This document shows positions 28,501 through 42,887 of a stretch of 64,000 nt of DNA, one piece after another. The stretch comes from the human T2T-CHM13v2.0 reference genome, Homo sapiens. Under the pieces are notes generated by a model. It saw nothing but the letters and a program-made list of their open reading frames with translations. It was not told the origin of the DNA and ran no database searches. The translations under genes and the position numbers were made by a program. Location of the stretch: NCBI RefSeq assembly GCF_009914755.1, contig NC_060939.1, one strand, 5' to 3'. Positions within the stretch are counted from its first letter, which is position 1, and the number at the start of each line of letters is the position of its first letter.

Positions 28501-30269
28501 TTTTACTTACAGGTAGAGTTAAAGCTGATCTTTCCTGTTAAGTCTATTAATGTTAAAAGGCTTTCCTTTTAATGATGCAAGTGCCTATCTCTACACCAGG
28601 CAAATTTACTGCTAGCTTATGTGTTAAGAAAATCTCAGAATAAGGGTGAAATTTACATCATTAGTAAAAACAAATCTTGTAAAACACAATCTTGCAAATG
28701 AGCTGTAGCTTTAAAAACATACCATTGCCTATTCCAAAAAAGGACCTTCCTGAGATCAGAGGCCTATTAAAAACCAGAAATGTTAGACATCTGTTGCTGT
28801 GTTGCATGAAGGCAAAGACAGAGATATATTAGTACCATATGTGAAGGAATATGATTCCAAAATCCAGCTTTGCTGGTATTTCCCAAAATAAGTTGCCAGG
28901 TTTTTAGAATAAATAAAATCAAAGATAAGTGACTTAAAAAAAGAAACCTCATCTTAAAAATTAAGCAATCCTTTATGAAAAAAATATATATCTTGGTATA
29001 TATAACATGTTAGAGCAATTGTTTTCGAGTGGCTCCTTGAAAGAGATCACAATTATAGGGATAGTACAAACTATATTCAAAGAAAAACGTGACAGAAAAC
29101 TCTTTCAGGAAAAAGTAATTCCTAGATCAAATGTTTAAGGGTGAGGGGAGTTGAGAACCAAAGCTGAAATTGTATCTCATTTTGTTTGTTATTATACTAG
29201 CAGTGTCTGATATTTTTAAAGTTCAAGGGTGATCAACATTTGCCCTGTTATGGTTCAACAGATGGAGTACCATTAACATGCTATAGGGTGGACTGTGACT
29301 GAGAGTCTGGTGGCAGGGTACGGGGTGGGGGAAGACCAAAGGAAAGCCCAGAGGTCTGAGGACTAGGGTTCATTCTTTTAACAGAATAACTACATTGTCA
29401 GTTCTTTCAGGACGGAGCAGAAAAAATATCAACCTTCCCAAATCACAAATGAAGGTGGATTGGTGGGGGTGGGAGTCACATTTAGTAATAAGAATTGGAT
29501 TTTTAGGAAAAAAAAAAAGCAACAATAGTTGAATTAGTTTGGCAGTGCTCAAAATGAGGAAGTAGCTAAGGCACTATCTAATTTAGGAGAGCTCACTAAC
29601 CTTGTAAAGCATTGATTAATCTAGCTAATCTTGTGTAATCACATTGTTTCTGAAGTAATAACTAAGCCTATCTTTAAGAGAAGAGAGGGTGGCTTCCTTA
29701 ATCAGTTTATAGCTATAATTTCCAAGCAGGAGAATAGTCTTAAGGGGCAAACATCTCAGCAACTAGATACAGTAACTAGATCTAGAGTCAGTAGAAGCAA
29801 GAAGTCTATACTCATGAAATTAAAGCCAATATATTACGAAAGGACCCTCTTCTGAAGATGAGAAACAAAATGAAGAACCTCTGTGTTCCTGGGTGGTGTG
29901 CATAAAGTCTCCCAGAAGAGAAAGTGAAGGTCTCTTGAGGAAGCTTATGTCCTCAGGACTTTATAACTATCCCAAGTATTCCTAAGAATGTGGAAAATGT
30001 TTCTACTGTCATTGGAAAACTTGTAAGAGAAACTACTTGCAAAGAATTTACAAAAGAGTTACAGATACAATGTTTAATGCTGATTCCCCATGTTTATGAG
30101 ATTACCATCTTCTAATGCCTAAGTTTCCATTCATTCACATAGGAAAAGAAAAATAAACTTTAATTAGAGTTCAGTGTGGCCATATATCTCTGGAAGGTAA
30201 CAATGATGAGAGAGAAGAGATGGACCTACTCTCTTTGATTAATTTTATGTAGGTTTTCTTGGCATGTTA

Positions 30270-30703
30270 CATGGTGTACAAGTGATCTTTCTAGGTTACA
30301 CTGAGGTAAAAAAAATCTTCAAATCTCAGAGGCTTACAACAACAACAGTTTAACAATTGCTTAAGTTGAATATTGGCTGGAAAGACAGCTGACTATTTCA
30401 GCTGAACTGTTCTGCTTAGAGGTTTATTTTCTTTCCCAGTCCTGCTGAAGGAGCACCTTCTCTCTGCAAAATGCCTTCTTTTGCTAGAGGACTACCAGAA
30501 CCATGCATTGGCTCTTAAGGTTTCTGCTGACACGTCATTGTCTAGGTAAGTCATATGGCCAATCCTGATATCCGGTGAGAAATACGCTACCCAACTCCCT
30601 ATCCCCTGCAATAGGCACTGTGGATTACTTGGAAATGGACAAGATGGATACTATTTTCACAGGAAGTATAGAGAAGGTTTGGGGATAATAATGCAATCTA
30701 CCA
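30270..30703. mobile_element. MLT1J-like MaLR LTR
   Basis: CTAGGTTACACTGAGGTAA...AAATCTCAGAGGCTTACAACAACAA...AAGTCATATGGCCAATCCTGATATC...CAATCTACCA. Confidence 0.7.
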
Positions 30704-31629
30704 GAGGTGGAAATGTTGGATGGGATCAAGAAAGGATAATCTTGACTTTCTTAACAATTAGTCAGAGAAACTTCTAAGACAGATGACTCTTACATACACT
30801 AAAGATAAATAGAATTGTTTATTGGACATAATCTACTAAGTATTTTAGTTGGGGGTATATATGGGTTGGGTAAAAAAACAATAAAGATATCATGAACAAC
30901 TTTTGTTCTTCATGTTGTAAAAGAAAGAAAACACCTAAGGAATCAACAAATAAATTGTTCTTGCTCTTGAAAATATGCCATTCAAATGGTGGCTCTGGAA
31001 CTGGAGACGCATGGAAGAGACATCAGATAAGTTTCAGTCACCAAGCCAGGCTACTGACTTAATCTAGTCATACTGCCTAGTGATACAAACTCTACCCAGT
31101 AGGTTAGGATAATATTAAGATATTAAAATATATAATCAAAACCTAACTACTTAGAATCTGAGTTGATACATCAAATAAACCATTACATTTTACTCCAAAT
31201 TTCAGGGAAAAAATAAACAAAAAAATAATAAAACAAATATGTTGAAATGGCTGGCATATTTTCTTAGTTTACTATAGTTTCACCTAAATCTCTTCTACCT
31301 ACACTGAACTAGATGGTGACCTAGAGGTGCTAAAAAAATTCCCCAAAGATGAAAAAAATCACATGTTGAATCTCTATTATTTTTGCCAAGGAAATTAAGT
31401 ATGGCTCTGTTTTAGAAAATTTGAAACCAAAATTTAAATTAAGAATTGTTTTTAACAGTTAATCAGAAAATTCAGTAAACTACTTCGTTTCCTGATTTCT
31501 AATCAACTTGATTGTCTGTTTATAAAATATATCATGAAGAAGTTAGCTTATATTCAAACAAGTATGAAAGGGATTTTATTTATTTATTTCTATCAGTCAT
31601 TTGGCCATTCCTTATTACAAAGCTCTTTG

Positions 31630-31772
31630 AGAGTTGCCTAACCTGTTAGTCTCAGTTTCCTCTTGTAAATAAAGGATTATAATGTACTTATGAACATTAA
31701 ATAAAGTAGTTATACAAAGATTTAGAGTAGTACCTAGCACCAAGCAAATGCTTAATAAATGGTGGTTATTAT
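31630..31772 (+). mobile_element. MIR
   Basis: TCTCAGTTTCCTCTTGTAAAT...AGTACCTAGCAC...ATGCTTAATAAATGGTGGTTATTATT. Confidence 0.7.
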
Positions 31773-32455
31773 TCATAATTTATTTCTCCTTTCTCCAAAT
31801 ATTACAAATGGGTTCTGTAGTCAACCAGGCCAGTGGTTGGGAGTAGGATGTGCACAGTGGAATAAACAGAGAACTTGAGTCAAGTATAAGAGAACTTTTG
31901 ATTCTCCTTGAAATTATCTTTTCTAAAGCCTCCTTCTTAATGGCATACCGTTTCTTAATTTTGGCAACTGATCTTTTCTCAATCTTAGCTAAAATGTAAA
32001 AATAAAAGAAAAATTATTAGAAAAATATGATAAATAGTTCTAAGTAAAAACTAAACCTATTGTATAAATACCACTTTAAAATAATCCCTTAGCCCCCTTC
32101 TGAGTAGATAACTGTTTCTAAACTACACTATTTCAAGATATGTTTATTTTCATTATGAGAGATAAAGTAAACACAAGCATTGAAATGCAAATACATTTAA
32201 CCAAAATTTTAAGAAGCATATTTTTATGTCTGAAGTGATTCTTCTCTAATCTATATTAATTGATGGCCTAAGTTAAGTACCTACCTGCTTTTGTTGGAGG
32301 TGTAGCCAGAGAAATTCAGAATGGATAAGGAATCAGTCTTTCCTTTAGAAGGCTAACAATCTAGTCAAAGGGTTAACTTTGGTATATAATTTGCTAACTA
32401 GAGTAGAACATTAAGCCACTTGTAATTCTCTGAACCTCTCATGCACTTTTACAGC

Positions 32456-32660
32456 CAGTGATGTCCTGGTTCACTGGCTCTCTGAAAATAAACAAAACAG
32501 CCCTGATTTATAGTATTCGCCAATGTCCGTGGTGTAAATTCTCCCAGCATGGTTGGTTTCAAGTTATCAACAGTCTTAACAACTGGATCTTAAAATTCTT
32601 GAATATTTCTTTCATGATCCTTTCCTGTAAAGCAACACAACCCAGTTCAGCAGCCCAGTG
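32456..32660. mobile_element. MER63-like hAT-Blackjack MITE
   Basis: CAGTG start. CCCTGATTTATAGTATTCGCCAATGTCCGTGGTGTAAATTCTCCCAGCATGG resembles the MER63 core. Confidence 0.65.
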
Positions 32661-35600
32661 TTCCACCACTATGGCCTTGGCATTTAACCTATTTTAAAGC
32701 GACATTTTTCTTCTGACCCTGCTAAATTCTACACAGATTTTAAGCTCCAACTTATGCCATTTGCTTCAGGAAGTCTTTCTCAAATCACTGAGTCTGAGAA
32801 TTTGCTGTTCATCCTTTCTCATTCCCCACCCCCCGCAAGGAATTTGGACTTACCACAATACTTATCACACTATGTGATGGGCACCTGTGTGCTTATCCAC
32901 TTCTACTGGGAAGTTATGAGCAAGTTAAGTCAGAATCTGTGACTTACCTCTATTTCCTTATTGTTGGACACAAGTCCTTGTTGTAAAGACAAAAATCAGC
33001 ACATGCATGAAAACAAATGCCATAACAGAGGTGCTACATACCCTGAGAGTTCAAATGAGAGAGAGAAAAACGTTTATTAAGAAACCGGTTAGATGATTTG
33101 TAATGGCATGTGAAGATAAGCTTGAAAATGGGTGGATTTTCAACCAGGAGAAACTGGAAGGTGGGGAGGATATTCCATGTGGAGAAAATAGTATAAACAC
33201 AAAGTTCAGGACCAAAACTGTAGAGCATGTTCAGTGGAAAAATGGATCATGCAGTAAGGAAGGAATGTCAGTTACGAGCTGAAAAAAACAGTGGGAAGTT
33301 AGTCTGGTCGAGGATGTAAAGCTGAGGATTCTGAAGGCCTGCATGAAGAACCTGCGTTTAATTTGGTAAGCCATGGAGAATTATTGAAGGTGTAGAAAAA
33401 CTCAAATTTTCCCTCTGAAGGTTTTAGTCTAAGTCTGTTGAAATGAATTGAAAATAGACAAATTAGCAGGGAAAAAAAGCATGCAATTTAATTAAAGTGC
33501 ATTAGCATGGGAGAATTACAGAAGACTGATATCCCAGTAACCCAACAAGGTTTAGATGCTTATATACCCTTCTTCATAGGGGAGCAGGGAGATGGAAACT
33601 GTAAGCAATTCTTTTGAGGAGTAATAAATGATTATTAGAGAAAATGAATGGACATGAAAGAAAGTAACATGTAAATGATTCTCTTTGGAGTTTAATTGAG
33701 TCCAAGAAGCAGACATTGTCCTGTTAAAAAGTCTATTTGTCTGCATTCTTCAGTCTTCTTTTCCTCTCTAGATAATGAAGTTTCAAGGAGGGAATAAAAG
33801 GCAATTGTGTTCTTTTTGGCATTTCTAGTCTTAAGATAGATAAGGGAATATCAGACTACAATCTCTTCCAGTTCCTTCTGAACCTCAAGGGCCTTTAATT
33901 TAAAACAATCAGAAGAAGAATAATGGCTCAGCACTGGCTCAGGCCAGTGCTCAGGCCAAACAAGCAGGCTTGTGCCCATATACTGGGCCTGGGAAATGCC
34001 CCATGGACCATCCCCAGCAGACTCACCTCCAGGCCAGCCAAGCAACCTCCACCTGCTTCTCAGGGCTTAGAAGCAGCCCCATAGGCTACTCTTTAGGCAT
34101 GCCACCAGGCCAGAGGAGCAGCATTGTATCTGCATCCTGGACCTGAGAAATAGCCTCATAGGCTACCTCTGGCAAACATGCCCCTAGACTGGCCGAGCAG
34201 CTCGTACACATTCCCTGGGCCTGAGAAACAGCCCTGTTGGCCACTCCTGGCAGGCAGGTCCAGGGTATCCAAGCAACTATGTGTTTGTGTACTTGGCCAG
34301 AGTAACAGTGTCATGGGCCCAACCCCAGCAAGCCACACACCAAGTCAGCCAACCCACTGTGTGCATGAATGCACTCCTGACTTGAGAAACAGCCCAGCAA
34401 AGCTATGCTACCACCACTGCAAATTCTCAGCTTGGCCACTGAGACACTTGCAAATGTCACTATTGTGAATTACAGCTGAAGAAACTCTACTACTACATCC
34501 AAGTAGAACAAAGGCCAACACATCCCAACATATTGATATTCCAAGACCCATTCATGTGAATAAGGCTTTCCCTATGAAACCTATTCTATGAAATTGAAAG
34601 AGGTAGCCTTTCCACCAGTTGCATAGAAATTAAAGTAGAGACATATTAAACATTGAAAAGGAAGGAAACATGACACCTTCAAAGGAAAACAATAATTTTC
34701 TCATAACAGACCCCAATCACAATATATATGAAATGTCAGAAAAAGGATACAAAAAATAGTCTTCAGGAAACTCAGTGAGATACAAGAGAATCCAGATAGA
34801 CAATCCAATGAAATCAGGAAAATAATTCATGATTTGAGTGAGAAATTGAACAAAGAAATAGATATTATAAAAAAGAACCAAACAGAAATCCTAGGCCTGA
34901 AGAATTCAATGAATCAAATAAAAAATACAATTGAGGGTTTTCACAACAGACTAGACCAAGCAGAAGAAAGAATTTGAGAACTTGAAGATAAGTCTTTTGA
35001 AATAACACAGGCAGACAATAAATAAATAATAAATATAAAAGAAAAGAAAAAGAAAGAATAAGAATGAAGAAAACCCTCAGGATTTATGGGACACCATTAA
35101 AAGAATTAATATTCATATTATGAGTGTCTAGAAGGAGAAGAGAAAAGGTGTACAAAACATATTTAATGAAATAACAGCTGAAAACTTCACAAATTTTGGG
35201 AGAGAGATGAACATCCAAGTCCAGGAATTTAAAAGAATTCCAAATAGATTCAACCCAAACAAGTCCTCTCAAGGTAAACTATAGTCAAATTGTCAAAAGT
35301 AAATGACAAAGAATTCTAAAAGCAGCAAGAGAAAACATCAAATCATATATAAGGGAATCCCCATTAGACTAATAGAGGATTTATCAGCAGAAACCTCATA
35401 GACCAGAAGTAAACAGTTTAATGTATTTGAAGTACTGAAAGAAAAACTACTGGCAGCCAAGAATATTTTACCCAGCAAATGAAAGAGAAATAAAATCTTT
35501 TACCAGCAAAAACTAAGGGAATTTGTCACTACTAGACCACCTTACAAGAAATGCTCAAGGGATTCTTATGTCTAAAAGTGAAATGATGATCACCACCAAC

Positions 35601-36843
35601 TTTAAAACATTCAAAACTATAAAACTCACCAGTAGACCTGATGGAGAAAGAAGGAGACCTGAAGGAGAAAGAGAGGAATAAAACCTCATCACTAGAGAAA
35701 ACCACCCAACAATAAAATTAAACAATAAGAGAGGAAGTAAGGAATAAAGGATATATAAAACAAACAAAAAATTGTCAATAAAATGACAGGAGTAAATCCT
35801 CACCTACCAATAATAACCTTGAATGTAAACATTCTCCATTTAAAGATATAGACTGGCTGAATGGATTACAAAACAAGACCCAACTATATGCTGTCTACAA
35901 GAACTCACTTCAAGTAAAGATACACATATACTGAAAGTGAAGGGATGAAAAAAGATATTTTATGCAAACAGAAACCAAAAGTGAACAGTATCAGCTAGAA
36001 AGATATCAGACAAAACAGACTTCAAGTTAAAACTATGTAAAAAGAGACAAAGAAGGGCTTATACAATAAAACCAATTCAGCAAGATAATATCACAAATGT
36101 AAATATATATGCACCCAGCACAAGAGCATCCAGTTATATAAAGCAAATGTTGTTTGGGAGAGATAGACTTCAATACAGTAATACTTGGAGACTTCAACAT
36201 ACCATTCCCAGCATTGGGCAGATCATCTAGATAGACAATCAAGCAAGAGACATCAGATTTAAACTGCACTATAACCAAATAGACCTAACATACATTTACA
36301 GAACATTTTACCCAACAGCCACAGAATAAACAGTCTTCTCATCAGCAAATGGAACATTCTTCAGTATTAACCATATGTTAGGACACAAAACAAATCTCAA
36401 AAATTTTTTTACAATTTGAAATTATATCAAGTATCTCATCTGACCATAAGGAAAAAAAAACTAAACATTAATAACAAGAAAAACAATCAAAAATATTCAA
36501 ATACATAGTAATTAAACAACATGTTCCTGAATGACCAACAACTGAAGAAATAAACTAATAATAAAATCTAGAAAATGCCTGTAACAAATGAAAATGGAAA
36601 CACAACATACCAAAACCTATAGGACACAGCAAAAGCAGTATTAAGAGGCAAGTTTATACAAACAAAAGCCTATAACAGAAAACTAGAAAACTAGAAGGAT
36701 TCCATATAACCTAATGATGCATCTCAAGGAATCAGAAAAACAAGAACAAAACAACCCAAAATTAGTAAGAGGAAGGAATTAATGAAAAACTGAGCAGAAA
36801 TAAAGAACATTTCGACTAAAATACCAATACAAAAGATAAATGA

Positions 36844-37163
<320 letters not shown>

Positions 37164-39451
37164 TTACGAAGATAAAATCGGCACACCATTAGGTAGATTA
37201 ACTGAGAAATAAAGAAAGACCTAACTAAATAAAACCAGAATGTGACAATGTATACCACAAAAATACAAAGTACAAAGGATTATTAGAGGCTACTATAAAC
37301 AACTGCACACCAAAAAATTCAAAAACCTAGAAGAAATCAGTAAGTGCCTGGACAAGTACAACTTACCAACATTGAACCAAGAAGAAATAGAAAACCTGAA
37401 CAAACCAGTAAGTAGTAATAAGATTGAATCAGTAATACCGTCTCCCAGAAAAGAAATTACAGGACCAGATTGCTTCACTTCCAAATTCTACTGAACCTTT
37501 AAAGATGAATTCATATAAATTCTTCTCAAACTATTCAAAAAATAGGAACAAAGGGAATTCTTCCTAACTCATTCTGTAAGACCAGTAGAACCCTGATATC
37601 AAATCAAACAAGGACACACACACACACACACACAGGCACACCCATGAATGCGCAAACACGCACAAGAAAACTATAGGCCAGTGTCCCTGATGAACAGTTG
37701 TACAAATCTTCAAAAAAAAAAAAAATACTGGCAAACCAAATTCAACAATACATCAAAAAGATAACACACCATGATTAACTCTGATTTATCACAGAAATAC
37801 AAGAATGTTTCAATATATGCAAATCAATACATTACATATGTCATATCAATAGAATGAAGGACAAAAAACATATAATCATCTCAAGAGGTACAGAAGCAGC
37901 ATTTGATAAAATTCAGTATCCCTTCATGATAAAAATTCTCAAGAAATTATATATAGAAGAGTCTCAATACTTTTCTTCTGTATATAAAATAATAAAGGAC
38001 AGATATGACAAACCCACAGCTAACAGTGGTCTAAATGTGGAAAAGCCAAAAATGTTTTAAGAACTGGAACAAGACAAGGATGCTTACCCTCTGCACTCTT
38101 ACTAAGCATAGCACTAGAAGTCCTAGCCAGAGCAATTAGGCAAGAGAAAGAAATGAAGAGCATCAAAATTGGAAAGAAGGAAGTCAAATTGTTCCTGTTT
38201 GCAGATGCCATAATCTCACATATAGAAAAACCTGAAGAGTCTACCAAAAAACTCTTAGAACTGATAAGTTCAGCAAGTTTGCAGGATACAAAATCAATAT
38301 ATAAAAATCAGTAGCACTTTTATAAAGAACAACAAATTAGCTAAAAAAGAAATTAAGAAGGCAATTCCATTTACAGTAACTACCAAAAATAAAATTCCTA
38401 GGAATAAATTTAACCAAGTAGGTGCAAGACCTCTACAAGGAAAATTACAAAACACTGATGAAATATATTGAAGAGGATACAAACAAAAGGAAAGACATCC
38501 CACACTAATGAATTGGAAGAATGGATGTTATTAAAATGACCATGGTACCCAAAATAATTTACAGATTCAGTGCAATCCCTTTCGAAATACCAAGGACTTT
38601 CTACACAGAAATAGAAAAAAAAAAGTCCTAAAATTTATTTGGAACCACAAAAGATCCCAAAGAGCCAAGGCAGTCCTGGGGAAAAGAAGCAAAGCTGGAG
38701 GCATCACACTATCAGACTTTGAAATATACTACAAAGCGGTAGTAACCAAAACAGCATAATATTGGCATAAAAACAGACATACAGACCAATGAAACAGAGT
38801 TTAATTATCCATGTTTCTAAAGTCAACAAATTGTTACAAAGATGCCAAGAACAGTCTTTGGATAAAGGACAGTCTTTTTAATAAATGGTGCTGGGAAAAC
38901 TGGGTATCTGTATGCAGAAGAATTAAACTAGACTTCTACCTCTTATCCTATTAAAAAATCAATTCAAAATGGATCAAAGACCTAAATATAAGACCTGAAA
39001 CTATAAAATTACTAGAAGAAAACATAGAGGAAACACTTCAGGACAGTGGCCTGGGAAAATATTTTATGAATAATACCTGAAAAGCATAGGCAACAAAAGC
39101 AAAAATAAACTAATGGAATCAAATGATAAAGCTTCTGCACAGCAAAGGAAACAATCAGCAGAGTGAAAAGCTGACCTAAAGAATGGGAGAAAATATTTTC
39201 AAACTGTTCACCTGATGGGGGATTAATATCTAGAATTTACAAGGAACTCAAATAACAGCAAAAAAGGAAATGATTCAATTTTTTTAAATGGACAATTATC
39301 TTAGCAGATATTCCTGAAAAGAAGACATCCAAATACCCAACAAATATATGAAAAAAATGTGTTCAACATCACTAATCATCAGGGAATTGCAAACCAAAGT
39401 ACAATGAGGTATCTCATCCCAGTTATTATGGCTACTATAAAAAAGACAAAC

Positions 39452-40182
39452 TGTTAGACTAAGTAGTTAGGCAGACCTGAGCAGGGCAGGAAGAAACACC
39501 CCCTCCTCCACACCTGCCACACCACCCACCCAGGAATGTCAGGTGATCATCAGGTGATGGTCAGGTTGTAAACTGTCTCTCTAAAGTGACAACTTGTCAC
39601 AGCCAGCACCAGAGAAGACAGTGTCCCAATAGATACAAAATACCTGGAGCTGGTGATAAACAGTTTCCCCATAAAATCTCAGGATTTGGGTGACAGGGCT
39701 CAAGCATACACACTAAAAGGCAAAATGGTGGCATTTAACCAGTATAAGACTTTCCTCTAGGAACGCTTGACAGGTAAGGGAAAAATGCCTCAAATGAGCA
39801 CATGCACTTCAGTAAACACTGCACATGCAGCCCCTTCCAAGTGCTGGCAGGCCACCGCACATACAGACAACCTGCTCCAAGGGAAGAATCAAGGGAGATG
39901 AAATGCAAACTCTGGAACCATACCAATGTATAAAACCCCAAGTCAAGGGCTGGAAGGGGCACTGGGATCTCTCAAGTCGCACGTTTGGCCCTCTTCCAAG
40001 TGTACTTTGCTTCCTTTCTTTCCTACTCTAAAACTTCTAAATATACTTTCACTCCGGCTCTACAACTTGCCTTGGTCTCTCCTTCTGCCTTAAACTTTCT
40101 TCTGCCCCTCAGTGGAATTCTTTCCTCCGAGGAGGCAAGGATGGAGTTGCTGCAGACCTGTACAAATTTGCCTCTGGTAACA
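39452..40182 (+). mobile_element. MER50 (ERV1) solo LTR inserted in L1MA
   Basis: TGTTAGACTAAGTAGTTAGGCAGACCTGAGCAGGGCAGG...GGAATGTCAGG...TGGTAACA. 4-bp TSD AAAC at 39448-39451 and 40183-40186. Confidence 0.9.
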
Positions 40183-41837
40183 AAACAATAACAAATGCTG
40201 TTTAGGCTGCAGAGAAAAGAGAATTTTTATATGCTACTGATGGGTATATAAACTAGCACAACCACTGTGGAGAATTGCATGGTAATCCCTCAAAAAATTA
40301 CAAATAGAACTACCGTATGATCCAGCAATCCCACCACTGGGCATTTATCCAAAGGAAAGAAAAATCAGTATATTGAACAGACATCTGCACTCCCAGGTTT
40401 ATTGCAACACTATTCACAATAGCCAAGATATGGAATCAACCTAGGTGTCCAACAACAGACAAATGGATAAAGAAAATGTGTTATACACAATGGATTACCG
40501 TTCAGCCATAAAGAGGAATGAAATCCTGTTATTCATGGCAACATGGATGGAAATGGAGGACATTATGTTAAGTGGAATAAGCCAGGAACAGAAAGCTGAA
40601 CACTACATGTTGTCATTCATATGTGGAAGCAAAAAAATAAGTTGATCTTGTAGTATTAAAATCAACAGAGGCTACTGGCAGCTGGGAAAGGTATGGGGAA
40701 AGGAAGGATAGAAAGAATTGTGGAAAGATATGAAGTTACACTAAGATTGAAAGACTAAGTTCTAGGGTTCTGAAGTACTGTAGGATGGCTGTAGTTAATA
40801 TACTATACAGTTCCAAATAGCTAGAAGGAGGATATTGAATGTTTCCAAGGCAAAGAAATGATAAATGTTTGAGATGATGGATTTGCTAATTTCCCTGATG
40901 TGATCACTGTGCATGGAAACACTATGTACTCCATAAATACATACAATTATTATGCATCAATTTTAAAAAGATAAAATAAAGAATAAACACACAATTGTGC
41001 CATATTTTGGGGTGAAATTCCCTGGGATCCTTGAAAGGTTTTTGAGGCAGGGAATTATAAATTTAGATCTAAGTTTTAGAAGGATTATTCAGACAGGAGA
41101 ATGAAAGAGGCTGTTCTAAGGAAAGAGATTTTTACAAAAAAAAAAATAGAAGATATAAACTAAGGAGTTGTAGGGTGTAAATAGAAGGTGATAAATTTAA
41201 GAGATAAAATATAGCTAGAAATTTTACAGCAGTTATATATTAGCTGCATTTTTAAATCTTCAAATAAATAGCAAGCAAGCAAGTCAAACAACAGAACAGC
41301 AAACTTATGTACATGCTTGTCCTTCAAATCATCTTCCTCTCTTCTTCTGTCTCTGTTTCTTTCCCTCTTCCTTTTAATTTTGATAAACGTTTAGCTCTGC
41401 ATCAGAAATGAAACATTCTTTCTCTAGTACAGGAGTGATAGTAATAGTCCCTATCACTCTGTTTACTTTCAATATTTCTGCCAAATAACCTTTTTATGTT
41501 TTTATTAGTTTTTTAATTTCTTATTAACAGAGGGTTTTTATATTAAAAGTGGTATATATATAGCCATCATGTTTTGCATGTTCCAAATACTGTGGGATAA
41601 ATTTTTCCATCAGCTCTTTAAAAGTATTATGTGAAACAATGTATCATTATATACGGGTGAATCTAAAAATAAGTTGGTAAAAAAAAAAAATCAGAATTAT
41701 GTAACCAACCCCAGGTTATAAAAGCCAGATGACATAAGTAGTAATTCTCTGGTAGCATACCATGTAATTACAAACAAACTCTCCCTGGATTTGATCATAA
41801 GCTGGCTCTTCAAAGCAAATTTATATGCTTTGTTTAA

Positions 41838-42887
41838 ATTTTTTTAAAATTATACTTAAAGTTCTGGGATACATGTGCAGTCGTGCAGGTTTGTAACATA
41901 GGTATACACGTGCCATGGTGGTTTGCTGCACCCATTGACTCATCATCTACATTAGGTATTTCTCCTAATCCTATCCCTCCACTAGTCCCCCACCCCATGA
42001 CAGGCCCCAGTGTGTGATGTTCCCCTCCCTGTGTCCATGTGTTCTCACTGTTCAACTCCCACTTATGAGTGAGAACATGCGGTGTTTGGTTTTCGGTTCC
42101 TGTGTTAGTTTGCTGAGAATGATGGTTTCCAGCTTCATCCATGTCCCTGCAAAGGACATGAACTCATCCTTTTTTATGGCTACGTAGTATTCCATGGTGT
42201 ATATGTGCCACATTTTCTTTATCCAGTCTATCATTGATGGACATTTGGGTTGGTTCCAAGTCTTTGCTATTGTGAACAGTGCCACAGTAAACATACATGT
42301 GCATGTGTCTTTATAATAGAATGATTTATAATCCTTTGGGTATATACCCAGTAATGTGATTGCTGGGTCAAATGGTATTTCTGGTTCTAGATCCTTGAGA
42401 AATCGCCACTGTCTTCCACAATGGTTGAACTAATTTACACTCCCACCAACAGTATAAAAGCATTCCTATTTCTCCACATCCTCTCCAGCATCTGTTGTTT
42501 CCTGACTTTTTAATGATCACCATTCTAACTGGCATGAGATGGTGTCTCATTGTGGTTTTGATTTGCATTTCTCTAACGACCAGTGATGATGAGCTTTTTT
42601 TCATGTTTGTTGGCCACATAAATGTCTTCTTTTGAGAAGCGTCTGTTCATCTGTTCATATCCTTCATCCACTTTTTGATGGGGTTGTTTGTTTTTTTCTT
42701 GTAAATTTGTTTAAGTTCCTTGTAGATTCTGGATATTAGCCCTTTGACAGATGGATAGATTGCAAAAATTTTTCCCCATTCTGTAGGTTGTCTGTCCACT
42801 CTGATGATAGTTTCTTTTGCTGTGCAGAAGCTCTTTAGTTTGATTAGATCCCATTTGTCAATTTTGGCTTTTGTTGCCATTGGTTTT
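41838..42887 (-). mobile_element. 5'-truncated L1PA (L1PA7-like) 3' ~1 kb
   Basis: TTATACTTAAAGTTCTGGGATACATGTGCAG 3'UTR. ORF track gives L1 ORF2 C-terminal pieces [39 protein letters not shown] and WNQPKCPSMIDWIKKMWHIYTMEYY. Confidence 0.95.

Noticed and set aside
41834-42880. ORFs with strong similarity to L1 ORF2p
   Set aside because: Frameshifted pieces of a 5'-truncated L1PA; not a gene.
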